A stretch of DNA of 64,000 bases from Burkholderiales bacterium. Its GTDB lineage: Bacteria > Pseudomonadota > Gammaproteobacteria > Burkholderiales > Burkholderiaceae_C. The notes beneath the pieces were generated by a model that saw only the letters and a list, made by a program, of their open reading frames with translations, had not been told where the DNA came from and searched no databases. Positions 29,237 to 38,820 of this stretch are shown here, piece by piece; position 1 is the stretch's first letter, and each line of letters starts with the position of its first letter. The stretch covers positions 8,920 to 72,919 of the forward strand of contig JBBRSA010000015.1 in assembly GCA_038245855.1 (NCBI GenBank). Reading direction: 5' to 3'. The position numbers and the translations under genes were made by a program.

Positions 29237-30945
29237 GGTTGTGCACCGTTGTTTCCTATCTGCCCCAAAGCCGATTGCGAGGCGGCCAATGCATCGTCGA
29301 GTGCGTCCATAAATTGGCGGACCTTGATGGGCTTGGTGATGTAGTTGAAGAACCCCGCCTCTATGCCTCTGGCGACATCACGCGGAACGGCATTGGCGCT
29401 CAGGGCGATGACGGGAATGTGGGCGGTACGTGGGTCGGCGCGCAAAATTCGCATGGCTTCAATGCCGCTGATTCCTGGCAGATTGATATCCATCAAAATA
29501 ATGGCGGGCTGACGCGTGCGTGCCAGTTCGATGCCCCTGCGGCCATCGGTTGCGCTTATGAGGCGCAGACCCACGCGGCGGGCAATGAGTTGTTCCACCA
29601 GGTCGAGGTTGGCCGGGTTGTCTTCCACATAGAGCAGGGTGAGCAGGTTTGTACCCGCAACGGCTTGCGCGCGCCAACCGGCGTCGTGCTCATACTCCAG
29701 GGTGTCCACCACCGGTGCTGCGGTTAGCGTCAGCTCAATCCAGAACACACTTCCCGCGTTTACTGTGCTTTCTACGCCAATCGCGCCACCCATCAATTCA
29801 ATCAGCCGCTTTGTCACCACCAAGCCTATGCCTGTGCCTTCCTCTGCGCTGGTTTCCCGGCCCAGGCGGTTGAATGGCTGAAACAGTTGTGCCATTTGCG
29901 CGTCGGTTAGGCCTAGGCCTGTATCGCGCACGTTGATGCGAATCGTGTCGCACGGGCCCAGCGCGTAGTCCACAGTAACCGCCCCATTGGGCTGGTTGTA
30001 TTTGACGGCGTTGAACAGCAGGTTGATCAGCACCTGCTTGACCCGCGTACGGTCGGCATTGACAAAGTGAGGGGTCACAAACGGTGCAAAACCCATGCTA
30101 ATGCCCCGGTGGTTGGCTTGAGGCTCAATCATGGCCTGGCATTCCTGCAACACTTCGGTGAGCGAGACCGCCTCTTTGGACAGGGTTAGTCGGCCGGACT
30201 CAATCAGCGCTAGGTCTAGTATCTCGTTGATCAAAGTCAACAGGTACCAGCCGGCCTTCAAGATTTGTTCTAGGTTGCGCCGCTGCGATGGTGTGGGTGT
30301 TGGTGTGCCGGTTTCGACCAACTGCGCAAAACCCAAAATGGCATTGAGGGGGGTGCGCAATTCATGGCTCATGCTGGAGAGAAAGTCCGACTTGGCCCGG
30401 TTTGCCTTATCAGCCGTCTCCATGGCGTGGCTCAGCGCCGCCTGCACTTGCTTACCGACGGAGTTGTTGGTTCCAATGAGCAAATAACCAATGACGTTGC
30501 TGCGATCGTCGCGCAGTGCGGTGATGGAGACGATGGCCGGAAAGCGGCGCCCGTCTTTGCAGATATAGGTCAACTCATAAATGTCTTCCAGGTTACGCAA
30601 CGCTTTGTACGCCAGCGCCTCAAAGCCGGGCGCAATGGGGGTCTTGAACTCTTCTGACAAGGCCGCAGCGCGGTCTAAAACCTCCTGTGGTTCATGGATG
30701 TCGCTGGGCTGCAGGCGGTTGACCACCTCGGCGGCTTCGTATCCCAGCATGTGCTCGGCGCCGGTGTTGAATACCTGGATGGTGCCGCGAGCGTCGGTGG
30801 CGATGATCGCAAAATCGGCGCTGCTCAGAATGGCCTGCTGCAACACGCCGGTTTTTGTAAAGTCATTTCTACCGCGCGGGTTGCGCCGGTCCACGTGGCA
30901 ATGCGTTCGTTGGACCGGTGAACGACGTTCCCTGATTTCTTGCAT
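29233..30945 (-). CDS. PAS-containing hybrid sensor histidine kinase/response regulator (paralogue 2)
   Basis: H-box SSMSHELRTPLNAILGF, HATPase and C-terminal REC. The PAS block is nearly identical in pattern to that of 35277-37976. ATGA overlap with the downstream RR gene. Confidence 0.9.
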   Translation of the reverse strand: MQEIRERRSPVQRTHCHVDRRNPRGRNDFTKTGVLQQAILSSADFAIIATDARGTIQVFNTGAEHMLGYEAAEVVNRLQPSDIHEPQEVLDRAAALSEEFKTPIAPGFEALAYKALRNLEDIYELTYICKDGRRFPAIVSITALRDDRSNVIGYLLIGTNNSVGKQVQAALSHAMETADKANRAKSDFLSSMSHELRTPLNAILGFAQLVETGTPTPTPSQRRNLEQILKAGWYLLTLINEILDLALIESGRLTLSKEAVSLTEVLQECQAMIEPQANHRGISMGFAPFVTPHFVNADRTRVKQVLINLLFNAVKYNQPNGAVTVDYALGPCDTIRINVRDTGLGLTDAQMAQLFQPFNRLGRETSAEEGTGIGLVVTKRLIELMGGAIGVESTVNAGSVFWIELTLTAAPVVDTLEYEHDAGWRAQAVAGTNLLTLLYVEDNPANLDLVEQLIARRVGLRLISATDGRRGIELARTRQPAIILMDINLPGISGIEAMRILRADPRTAHIPVIALSANAVPRDVARGIEAGFFNYITKPIKVRQFMDALDDALAASQSALGQIGNNGAQP

Positions 30946-30972
30946 GATGCGTTTCCGTGCAATCGGGATTTT

Positions 30973-32043
30973 TTACTGCACGGGGCGCTGCACCGAAATG
31001 TCTTCAATCTCTACCCGCCGATTGGCCTCTAGGCACTTGATGAGCGCACTCCTATTTTTATCGGAACACTGCACCACGGGGTTGGCTTCGCCTTTGCCAG
31101 CGGTCTCCAGGCGGTTGGCATCAAGGCCTTTTCCGACCAGGTAGTTTTTCACGGCTACGGCGCGGCGTTCAGACAACGCCTGGTTGTATTTTTGGGAGCC
31201 AAGACGGTCGGTGTAGCCGGTAATTTGGACGGCAGAAACATCACGATTGACATCCAGTGCTGCGGCGATTTCGTCCAGCTTGGGTTGCGGTGTATGCACT
31301 GTTGCGCTGTCAAAGCCAAACAATTCGGTGGCCGACAGGGTGTAGCGTTCAAAGCGCGGTGCCGGCGCTACGACGGGCGCGGGTGTGGGCAACGGTGCGG
31401 GCGGCGCTACATAGGGCGCAGGCGCAGCGGCTGCTACAGGTTCGCTGCGCGGCTCTTCGTATGACACGTGGCGGGCCGGTGTGGGCTTTTCGAATGTGTA
31501 AATTAAGCCGAAGTTGAGGTTGTTGGTATTGCTGCGGTCCATGCCCAGGGTGTTGCCGTCGGGGTAGCTGTGGTTGCGGCGCAGGTCCAGCTGAACGCCC
31601 CATTGGTCACTGAGGCCCATCTGCACGCCCAGGCCCGCGCTGAGGTAGGCTGCGTTTTGCGCCGTGTTGCCACTCGCTTGCTCAATCTCATCGCGCTGCA
31701 CACCGGTACCAATGAGCAAGAACGGGCGAACACTGCTGCGCGAGAACATGTACAAGCCGTCAACCCCCAGGGTCATTTGGCGCGCACGCGGAATGGTGTC
31801 GGGTGCACGCGTGGCCGTGATGCCCATTTGCACGTCCCATGTGGGTGAGGTTGGCACGCCAAAACGCAGACCCAGTCCGTTGGTGTTTTGGTCGGACCCG
31901 ATTTGTGTGTCCGGCTGCACCACAGTGATGCTAGGCAAGACGTACCACGACGGGTTGTAGTCTGTGGTCTGTGCGTGCGCGCTTGCCGACAAACCGGCGC
32001 ACAGGGTAGTAATAGCCAGCGCGAGGGGGGTGGAGTAGTTCAT
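30973..32043 (-). CDS. OmpA-family outer-membrane protein (N-terminal beta-barrel, Pro/Ala linker, OmpA C-terminal domain)
   Basis: Signal peptide ...SASAHA, PAPxVAP linker, TGYTDRLGSQKYNQALSERRA peptidoglycan-binding motif. Confidence 0.85.
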   Translation of the reverse strand: MNYSTPLALAITTLCAGLSASAHAQTTDYNPSWYVLPSITVVQPDTQIGSDQNTNGLGLRFGVPTSPTWDVQMGITATRAPDTIPRARQMTLGVDGLYMFSRSSVRPFLLIGTGVQRDEIEQASGNTAQNAAYLSAGLGVQMGLSDQWGVQLDLRRNHSYPDGNTLGMDRSNTNNLNFGLIYTFEKPTPARHVSYEEPRSEPVAAAAPAPYVAPPAPLPTPAPVVAPAPRFERYTLSATELFGFDSATVHTPQPKLDEIAAALDVNRDVSAVQITGYTDRLGSQKYNQALSERRAVAVKNYLVGKGLDANRLETAGKGEANPVVQCSDKNRSALIKCLEANRRVEIEDISVQRPVQ

Positions 32044-32145
32044 AGGTGTCCTAGTAGTAAAGCCATAACGGCGTGAGTAGAAGCCGACTTGCGATGGAAT
32101 TTCGCACGCCTGACCAGCAGATTACGTGGATGCAATACATTTATC

Positions 32146-32161
32146 TGTACGCTTGCGTACA
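32146..32161 (-). promoter_or_regulatory. CRP-type palindrome box 7 (TGTACGCTTGCGTACA) upstream of the ompA-kinase-RR-GGDEF string
   Basis: Perfect palindrome with arms TGTAC/GTACA. On the - strand, TAATCT follows 21 nt on (rc of 32119-32124). Confidence 0.55.
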
Positions 32162-32294
32162 CAATGGGCGAAGAGATAGAAACCGACGTGCAGCGTTCGC
32201 CAGCGTACCGACACGCTTGGGTAAGCTCGCTATCGTTCATGTGGGGGGTTAGACCCGGTTGCGGCGCCTGGCCGCGTAACAGGAAAGGAATGGT

Positions 32295-33044
32295 ATGTTG
32301 CAAAACAAAGTGGCAATGGTGAGTGGTGCGGCGTCGGGTATCGGGCGCGCTGTGGCGCTGGTGTGGGCACGTGAGGGCGCCAAAGTAGTCGTGGCGGACC
32401 TCAATATTGAAGGCGGTGAGGAAACGGTGAAGCTGGTGCACGCGCAGGGTGGCGATGCCTTATTTGTCGCGGTCGATGTCGGCAAGCCTTCAGAATGCGA
32501 AGCCCTGGTCAATGTGGCCGTGGCCCACTATGGCCGTTTGGACGTGGCCTGCAACAACGCCGGTATTGGCGGACCGATAGCCCCCACCGCCGACTATGCG
32601 CTGGATGCATGGGCGCAGGTTATCAACACCAACCTGTCGGGCGTTTTCTATGCCATGAAGTACCAGATTGCGGCCATGTTGAAAAATGGCGGTGGCGCGA
32701 TCACCAACATGGCATCTATTTTGGGCGCGGTGGGTTTTGCCAATAGCCCGGCATACACCGCAGCCAAGCACGGTGTGGTGGGTTTGACGCAGGCCGCCGC
32801 ACTGGAGTACAGCGCCCAGGGGGTCCGCATCAATACGGTGGCGCCCGGCTTCATCCGCACACCGATGATCAGCGGGCTTGCGGACGATAAAAACGTGCTT
32901 GCGCAATTGGTGGCCGCACACCCGATTGGGCGCCTGGGCAGCCCGCAGGAGGTGGCAGAACTGGTTGCGTGGCTGTCGTCAGACCGCGCCTCGTTTGTTA
33001 CGGGTGCCTATTACCCGGTGGATGGCGGCTTTCTGGCGCGCTAA
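32295..33044 (+). CDS. SDR family oxidoreductase
   Basis: VSGAASGIGRA cofactor motif, NNAG, YTAAK catalytic motif. Confidence 0.9.
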   Translation: MLQNKVAMVSGAASGIGRAVALVWAREGAKVVVADLNIEGGEETVKLVHAQGGDALFVAVDVGKPSECEALVNVAVAHYGRLDVACNNAGIGGPIAPTADYALDAWAQVINTNLSGVFYAMKYQIAAMLKNGGGAITNMASILGAVGFANSPAYTAAKHGVVGLTQAAALEYSAQGVRINTVAPGFIRTPMISGLADDKNVLAQLVAAHPIGRLGSPQEVAELVAWLSSDRASFVTGAYYPVDGGFLAR

Positions 33045-33081
33045 AACGACGCTATAAAAGCGGTTGCGCTTGCACACAGGT

Positions 33082-33107
33082 GCGTCTAGCCCGAGCGGGC
33101 TAGACGC
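33082..33107. terminator. hairpin between convergent genes (bidirectional terminator candidate)
   Basis: Perfect 12-bp inverted repeat GCGTCTAGCCCG-ag-CGGGCTAGACGC. No strong T-run. Confidence 0.5.
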
Positions 33108-33116
33108 TGTGTTGGT

Positions 33117-33698
33117 TTACTTCTGGCCGTACGTGGTTTTGGCTTTGGTCACGCACTTGTCTTTGGCGTCGCCCGCTAACGCGTCGCATTTTTCTTTGGC
33201 GACTGCATAAGCTGCATCGCGCTTGTCAGTGGCCGCTTCTTGGCGGACGTCGGCGGTCTTTTCGCGTGCAGTGGCGTTGGCATCGGACGTTTTCTCTGCC
33301 ACTTTGGCGTCAGCCTTGGCCGCAACGTAGGCGCTCTTGGCCTCCTTGTGGCAGACATCTTTCGCGTTGCCTGCTGCGTCGTCACATTTTTCTTTGGCGA
33401 CGGCATAGGCGGCATCGGCTTTGGCAACGCTAACGCGATAGCTACCTTCTTTAGAGGGTTTGTAGTTTTCTTCCAGTTCGGCCTGCGCAATTTTCTCTTG
33501 GCCTTTGGCTTCTTCGCTACAAATGTCCTTGGCATTTCCGCTCATGGATTTGCAGGCTGCTTTGCTGGTCTTGTATTGGTCTGATATTTCTACCTTCTTG
33601 GCCTTGTAATCCGCTTGTGAAAGCGGCGCCGCAAAGGCAGATGCGCTGGCCACCAAGAAAATGGCGGCTGATAGGGTAGTACGTGTAAATGTGTTCAT
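33117..33698 (-). CDS. secreted Lys/Ala-rich protein with three Cys-pair repeats
   Basis: Signal peptide ...ASAFA. Repeats are ACKSMSGNAKDICSEEAK, KCDDAAGNAKDVCHKEAK and KCDALAGDAKDKCVTKAK. Confidence 0.75.
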   Translation of the reverse strand: MNTFTRTTLSAAIFLVASASAFAAPLSQADYKAKKVEISDQYKTSKAACKSMSGNAKDICSEEAKGQEKIAQAELEENYKPSKEGSYRVSVAKADAAYAVAKEKCDDAAGNAKDVCHKEAKSAYVAAKADAKVAEKTSDANATAREKTADVRQEAATDKRDAAYAVAKEKCDALAGDAKDKCVTKAKTTYGQK

Positions 33699-33794
33699 AA
33701 CTGATTCCTGACTTTTAAGTGGGTGGATGTCTGGTGCGCCGCACGGTACTGTGGGCGCCCACTAGCAAGATTAAGTTGCTAAAACCGCCGAGTC

Positions 33795-33810
33795 TGTATG
33801 CCAGCGTACA
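33795..33810. promoter_or_regulatory. CRP-type palindrome box 8 (TGTATGCCAGCGTACA), bidirectional candidate
   Basis: + side: GAC, then TAACCT at 33832-33837 (BON operon). - side: GAC, then TAATCT (rc of 33768-33773) (Lys/Ala-rich protein). Both are 21 nt away. Confidence 0.55.
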
Positions 33811-33866
33811 GACGGCCCCTTGATCTGCAAATAACCTTGGGGCTTACATCAACAAGGAATACATCC

Positions 33867-34178
33867 ATGCGCCAAATCAAAACCATATCCGTGCTGCTTG
33901 CAGCACTTGCGCTGACCAGTCTGATTGGGTGCGCAGAAACCCACAAGCAAGAAAGCACGGCCCAGTACGTGGACGACAGCGCCATTACCGGAAAAGTGAA
34001 GGCCGCGATCTTCAATGAACCGACATTGAAATCGGCCGAGATCAATGTTGAAACCTACAAAGGACGCGTGCAACTCAGTGGTTTCGTGCGCTCACAGGCC
34101 GATATCAACCGGGCCATTGCGGTGGCACAAGCTGTCGGCGGCGTCACGTCGGTCAAGAACGACATGCGCATGAAGTAA
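33867..34178 (+). CDS. BON-domain lipoprotein (single BON)
   Basis: AAGGA RBS, lipobox LIGC, VETYKGRVQLSGFV. Paralogue of 39703-40017. Confidence 0.9.
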   Translation: MRQIKTISVLLAALALTSLIGCAETHKQESTAQYVDDSAITGKVKAAIFNEPTLKSAEINVETYKGRVQLSGFVRSQADINRAIAVAQAVGGVTSVKNDMRMK

Positions 34179-34218
34179 TACGTTATTTATTTTCCATTTT
34201 TTTAAAAGAGGTATCCCC

Positions 34219-34437
34219 ATGAAAATCAACAATCAATCGGCAATCCGTGCTTTGGCTGTAGTCGCTGTGCTGAGTCTCGGCGCCTGTGCGGGCATGTCCA
34301 CGCAAGACAAAAACACCGCCATTGGTGCAGGTGTAGGGGCCATTGGTGGCTCTGTCATTTCGGGCGGTAGCGCCGTCGGAACTGTCGGTGGGGCGGCCGT
34401 GGGCGGCTACATCGGCCACGAAGTCAACAAGAAATAA
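34219..34437 (+). CDS. glycine-zipper lipoprotein (OsmB / 17-kDa antigen-like)
   Basis: Lipobox LGAC, then GAGVGAIGGSVISGGSAVGTVGGAAVGGYIG. Confidence 0.85.
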   Translation: MKINNQSAIRALAVVAVLSLGACAGMSTQDKNTAIGAGVGAIGGSVISGGSAVGTVGGAAVGGYIGHEVNKK

Positions 34438-34465
34438 TTCCCCGCTTAGAAAAGGAAAATGCACT

Positions 34466-35173
34466 ATGCAATCGACCACCAAACTGCTACTCACCGCCAT
34501 TGCGGCCGCCACACTCATGCCGGTCGCGGCCTTGGCCCAAGCTGATTTTCCTAACCAAGGCTATTTGGTCGATGGCTCCGAAAGTGTTGTCAAGTCACCC
34601 GTGAGCGGCTGCTGGCATACCGGTGAGTGGAGCCCTGCACGCGCCACGATGGAGTGTGATCCATCGCTGGTGCGAGTGGCAGCTGTTACGCCTGCGCCCC
34701 GAGCCGCCGACCCTGCTGCTGTGGTGCCACCCGCAGCAGCGGTGGCCGTGGTGCCAGTGCCGGTAACACCTACGACGAAAAAGATCAGTTTTTCAGGCGA
34801 CGCGTTGTTTGCGTTTGACAAGTCCGACTTGAAACCCGCAGGTGTTGCCATGCTCGACACCTTGGTGGGCCAACTCAAGGGCGCTAGGTACGACTCTATC
34901 GTGGTCACGGGTCACACCGACCGCCTGGGCAGCAGCAAATACAACCAAAAGCTCTCTGAGCGCCGCGCCAACACCGTCAAGAACTACCTGGTGGCCCAAA
35001 GTGTGACGGCCGACCGTATTGATGCCCAAGGCAAAGGTGAAACCCAGCCAGAGACCAAAGCGGGCGACTGTAAAGGCGGTAAAAGCGCCAAACTCATCGC
35101 CTGCCTGCAGCCTGATCGCCGCGTAGATGTGGAAGTGACGGGCTCCAAAACGACGATGTCCAACGCGCAGTAG
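34466..35173 (+). CDS. OmpA-family (peptidoglycan-associated) protein
   Basis: AAAGGA RBS, signal peptide, TGHTDRLGSSKYNQKLSERRA. The ORF-track start at 34343 is an extension. Confidence 0.9.
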   Translation: MQSTTKLLLTAIAAATLMPVAALAQADFPNQGYLVDGSESVVKSPVSGCWHTGEWSPARATMECDPSLVRVAAVTPAPRAADPAAVVPPAAAVAVVPVPVTPTTKKISFSGDALFAFDKSDLKPAGVAMLDTLVGQLKGARYDSIVVTGHTDRLGSSKYNQKLSERRANTVKNYLVAQSVTADRIDAQGKGETQPETKAGDCKGGKSAKLIACLQPDRRVDVEVTGSKTTMSNAQ

Positions 35174-35193
35174 TTGGTATGCGGCCCCTTTTG

Positions 35194-35209
35194 TGTGCGC
35201 TAGCGCACA
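35194..35209 (+). promoter_or_regulatory. CRP-type palindrome box 9 (TGTGCGCTAGCGCACA) upstream of the kinase-RR-Crp operon
   Basis: Perfect 16-bp palindrome. TTATGG at 35231-35236 (21 nt). 68 nt upstream of ATG 35277. Confidence 0.6.
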
Positions 35210-35276
35210 TACGGGGTGAGAGCCTAGCTGTTATGGTCCAGACTCCCTCTGTGCCACGCAACCCCGGTCGAATTTC

Positions 35277-37976
35277 ATGCTCTCTAAAAAAAATGTGTTG
35301 GTCGAGCGGCTGATGCTGTTGGGCTTTGGACTTACGCTGGGGGTGTTGCTCTTGGTTGCGGGTATTGCCTGGAACATCGCGGCGCCCATGGCACCGTTCA
35401 GTTCGGTGGACCACACCCGCGACGTCATGGCGACGCTGGACAAATTGCGCGGCTACACGGACAGGGCTGAGAAATACCAACAAAGGTATTTTTTGACGCA
35501 AGAAAAAGTTACGTTGGTGCAGCGTGACGACGCACTGCGGCTCCTCCAAATGAGCGTGCAGCAGTTGCTGGCCCTGACGGATGACAACAGCCTGCAGCAA
35601 CAGCGGATTCTGAAATTGCAGACCGCTGTGAATGAGCGCATCCGTATATTGAACGCCAATCAGGCAGCCTTTGAACACCAAGGCAACAAGGTTATCCATG
35701 CGCTGATCAGCGAGGGTGACGATGCGTCATCCGAAGTGCGCAGTGTCACCGAGGCCGCCTTCCAAGAAGAGCAAACATTGCTGGCGACGCGAAAGGCCAA
35801 CGAGACCCTGCTCTTGAGAATCATCATCGCCAGTGTGTTGGCGTTGCTTGTATTTTTGGTGCCATTGACGGTGAGAATACGGCGCGTTGTACGCAGCCGT
35901 CTTGCCGATGATTTGGCTTTAGAGGTGGTGCGCGAGGCATTGATCAAATCTGGCACCTTGCAAGACGCCATCTTTAACAGTGCAAACTTTTCCAGCATCG
36001 CCACCGACGCGCAGGGCGTGATTCAGATTTTTAACGTAGGCGCCGAACGTATGTTGGGCTACAAGGCCGAAGAGGTGGTAGACAAGGTCACGCCAGCGGG
36101 TATTTCAGACGCGCAGGAGTTGGTGGTGCGGGCGGCCGCATTGAGCCATGAATTGGGCACCCCAATTACCCCGGGCTTTGACGCGCTGGTGTTCAAGGCC
36201 TCGCGTGGTATTGAAGACATTTACGAACTCACCTACATCCGAAAAGACGGCAGCCGTTTCCCGGCCATTGTGTCGGTCACCGCACTGCGTGATGAGCAAG
36301 GAAAAGTCATCGGCTACTTGCTGATTGGCACCGACAACACGGCGCGTAAACAAGTGGAAGCCGAGCAAGCGCTGTTAGACCAGCGCTTGCGCGACCAACA
36401 GTTCTATACCCGCTCCCTGATTGAGTCCAACATTGACGCACTGATGACGACCGACCCACGCGGCATCATCAGCGACGTGAACCAGCAGATGGAGGTCTTG
36501 ACGGGTTGCACGCGTGATGAGCTGATTGGCGCCCCGTTTAAGAATTTTTTCACCGACCCGCTACGCGCTGAGGCGGCGATCACCCGTGTGCTACGTGAAG
36601 GCAAGGTGACCAATTACGAGCTAACGGCCCACGCAAGAGGTGGCACACAGACGGTTGTCTCGTACAACGCCACGACCTTCCATGACCGAGACCGCAAGCT
36701 GCAAGGGGTGTTTGCGTCGGCGAGAGACATCACCGATCGCAAGCAATTCGAGCTTGCACTAGAGGTCAATAACCTGGAGCTGGAAGCGGCCACCGCTGCG
36801 GCAGAGAAGGCCAACCGCGCAAAGTCAGACTTTCTCTCCAGCATGAGCCATGAATTACGCACTCCGCTTAACGCCATTTTGGGCTTCACGCAGTTGCTCG
36901 AATCCGGGACGCCCGTGCCCACAGCGTCGCAGCAGCGCAGCATTCACCAGATTCTTAAGGCGGGCTGGTATTTGCTTGAATTGATCAATGAAGTTCTAGA
37001 CTTGGCGTTGATTGAATCTGGACGTTTGACGCTGTCAACCGAGCCGGTCGCTTTGCTGGAAGTGATGCTCGAATGCCAGACCATGATCGAGCCGCAGGCG
37101 CAGCAGCGTGGCATTGGTATGACCTTCGCGCGCGCCAAAGAGCCCTATTTTGTGCTGGCCGACCGAACCCGCGTCAAACAAATTTTGATCAATATTTTGT
37201 TCAACGCCATCAAGTACAACAAGGTCGGTGGGTTGGTGGTGGTGGAGTATGTTCAAAAGTCGCCAGGGGTTGTTCGCATCAGCGTGCGGGACACGGGCGC
37301 CGGACTCAGCCCGGAACAATTGGGACACTTGTTTCAGCCCTTTAACCGGCTCGGCCAAGAAGCCAGTAGCGAAGAAGGCACCGGTATCGGCCTGGTGGTG
37401 ACCAAGCAGTTGGTCGAATTGATGGGGGGTACCATCGGGGCCGACAGCGTTGTCGGGGAGGGCAGTGTATTTTGGTTTGAGCTGAATCTGACCATGCCAC
37501 CGATTCTTGATGTGCTGCAGGTGGAGCATGCGGCAGTGGTGCCCTTGCCGACGCCGGGGGGGGCTATGCACACATTGCTTTACGTCGAAGACAATCCGGC
37601 CAACCTGGAATTGGTGGAACAAATCATCATGCGGCGCACCGACCTGCGCTTGATCAGCGCCACCGACGGCACCATCGGCATTGGGTTTGCGCGGGCCTAC
37701 CAGCCAGCGGTTATTTTGATGGACATCAACCTGCCGGGCATCAGCGGAATAGAAGCCATGCGTATTTTGCGCGCTGACCCGAAAACGGCGCATATTCCGG
37801 TGATCGCGGTCAGTGCCAATGCCATTCCAGGGGATATCGAAAAAGGCATTAACTCTGGTTTCTTTAGTTACGTTACCAAACCCATTCAAGTGAGCCAGTT
37901 TATGACTGCGTTGAACGCCGCGTTGGTCTTTTCGCAAACCACTGCCGCAGACGCTGTCAAGGAAGAAACACCATGA
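35277..37976 (+). CDS. CHASE3/TM/2xPAS hybrid sensor histidine kinase/response regulator (paralogue 3)
   Basis: N-terminal TM, a CHASE3-like periplasmic region and a second TM, then PAS x2. H-box SSMSHELRTPLNAILGF, HATPase and REC. Confidence 0.9.
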   Translation: MLSKKNVLVERLMLLGFGLTLGVLLLVAGIAWNIAAPMAPFSSVDHTRDVMATLDKLRGYTDRAEKYQQRYFLTQEKVTLVQRDDALRLLQMSVQQLLALTDDNSLQQQRILKLQTAVNERIRILNANQAAFEHQGNKVIHALISEGDDASSEVRSVTEAAFQEEQTLLATRKANETLLLRIIIASVLALLVFLVPLTVRIRRVVRSRLADDLALEVVREALIKSGTLQDAIFNSANFSSIATDAQGVIQIFNVGAERMLGYKAEEVVDKVTPAGISDAQELVVRAAALSHELGTPITPGFDALVFKASRGIEDIYELTYIRKDGSRFPAIVSVTALRDEQGKVIGYLLIGTDNTARKQVEAEQALLDQRLRDQQFYTRSLIESNIDALMTTDPRGIISDVNQQMEVLTGCTRDELIGAPFKNFFTDPLRAEAAITRVLREGKVTNYELTAHARGGTQTVVSYNATTFHDRDRKLQGVFASARDITDRKQFELALEVNNLELEAATAAAEKANRAKSDFLSSMSHELRTPLNAILGFTQLLESGTPVPTASQQRSIHQILKAGWYLLELINEVLDLALIESGRLTLSTEPVALLEVMLECQTMIEPQAQQRGIGMTFARAKEPYFVLADRTRVKQILINILFNAIKYNKVGGLVVVEYVQKSPGVVRISVRDTGAGLSPEQLGHLFQPFNRLGQEASSEEGTGIGLVVTKQLVELMGGTIGADSVVGEGSVFWFELNLTMPPILDVLQVEHAAVVPLPTPGGAMHTLLYVEDNPANLELVEQIIMRRTDLRLISATDGTIGIGFARAYQPAVILMDINLPGISGIEAMRILRADPKTAHIPVIAVSANAIPGDIEKGINSGFFSYVTKPIQVSQFMTALNAALVFSQTTAADAVKEETP

Positions 37977-38797
37977 AAATCGACCAAACCGATATTTTGA
38001 ACGCCCGGATTTTGATCGTTGACGACCAGCAGGCCAATGTGAGTCTGCTGGAAACCATGCTGCTGGATGTGGGCTACACCTGCATCAGCGCCACGACGAA
38101 TCCGACTGAAGTCTGCGCGTTGCACCGCGCAAACAGTTATGACCTGATTTTGCTGGACCTGCAAATGCCGGTTATGGATGGTTTTGCGGTCATGGAAGCG
38201 CTTAACGCACAGAATACGATGGGTTATGTTCCGGTGCTGGTGATAACGGCCCAGCCAGCACACAAGCTGCGCGCCTTGCAGGCTGGGGCCAAAGACTTCA
38301 TCAGCAAACCCTTTGACCTGGTAGAGGCCAAAACCCGTATCCACAACATGCTAGAAGTGCGCCTGCTCTACAAAAAGCTGGACGACTACAGCAAAGTGTT
38401 GGAGCAGACGGTGCTGGAGCGCACCGCCGAATTGCGCGAGAGCGAAGCCCGCTACCGAAGCCTGACCGAGCTGGCCTCAGACTGGTATTGGGAGCAAGAC
38501 GATACGGGTAGTTTTACCAAGGTGTCCGGCCCTGTTTTGGAGATGCTTGGTATTCAGGTTGGCACCAGTTCAGAGCCGCCCGCCGATGCCTTGGTTGCGA
38601 ACTGGAATGAGGCTGAACGCGAGACGCTGAAATCCAAGATATTTGCGCGGCAACCGTTTCTGGACTTTATTTTTAGCCGGGCCAATGCCGATGGCTCCAA
38701 GCAGCGGTTCAAGGTGAGTGGAGAGCCCATGTTCAACCAGGCCAGCCGATTTATTGGCTATCGGGGCATTGGTGTTGAACTGGCCGACAACGAATAG
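37973..38797 (+). CDS. response regulator with REC, coiled coil and PAS domains
   Basis: ATGA overlap with the kinase gene. ILIVDDQ...LLDLQMPVMDG...KPF, then WYWEQD...PAS-like C-terminus. Confidence 0.9.
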   Translation: MKIDQTDILNARILIVDDQQANVSLLETMLLDVGYTCISATTNPTEVCALHRANSYDLILLDLQMPVMDGFAVMEALNAQNTMGYVPVLVITAQPAHKLRALQAGAKDFISKPFDLVEAKTRIHNMLEVRLLYKKLDDYSKVLEQTVLERTAELRESEARYRSLTELASDWYWEQDDTGSFTKVSGPVLEMLGIQVGTSSEPPADALVANWNEAERETLKSKIFARQPFLDFIFSRANADGSKQRFKVSGEPMFNQASRFIGYRGIGVELADNE

Positions 38798-38820
38798 TGC
38801 TCTGCACCACACCGCCCGCT

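Noticed and set aside
38796-38811. AGTGCTCTGCACCACA (8/10 match) at the RR/crp junction, considered as a crp-specific box.
   Set aside because: With the 21-nt rule the predicted transcription start would fall downstream of the ATG at 38821. Matches at the 8/10 level are expected by chance many times in 64 kb.
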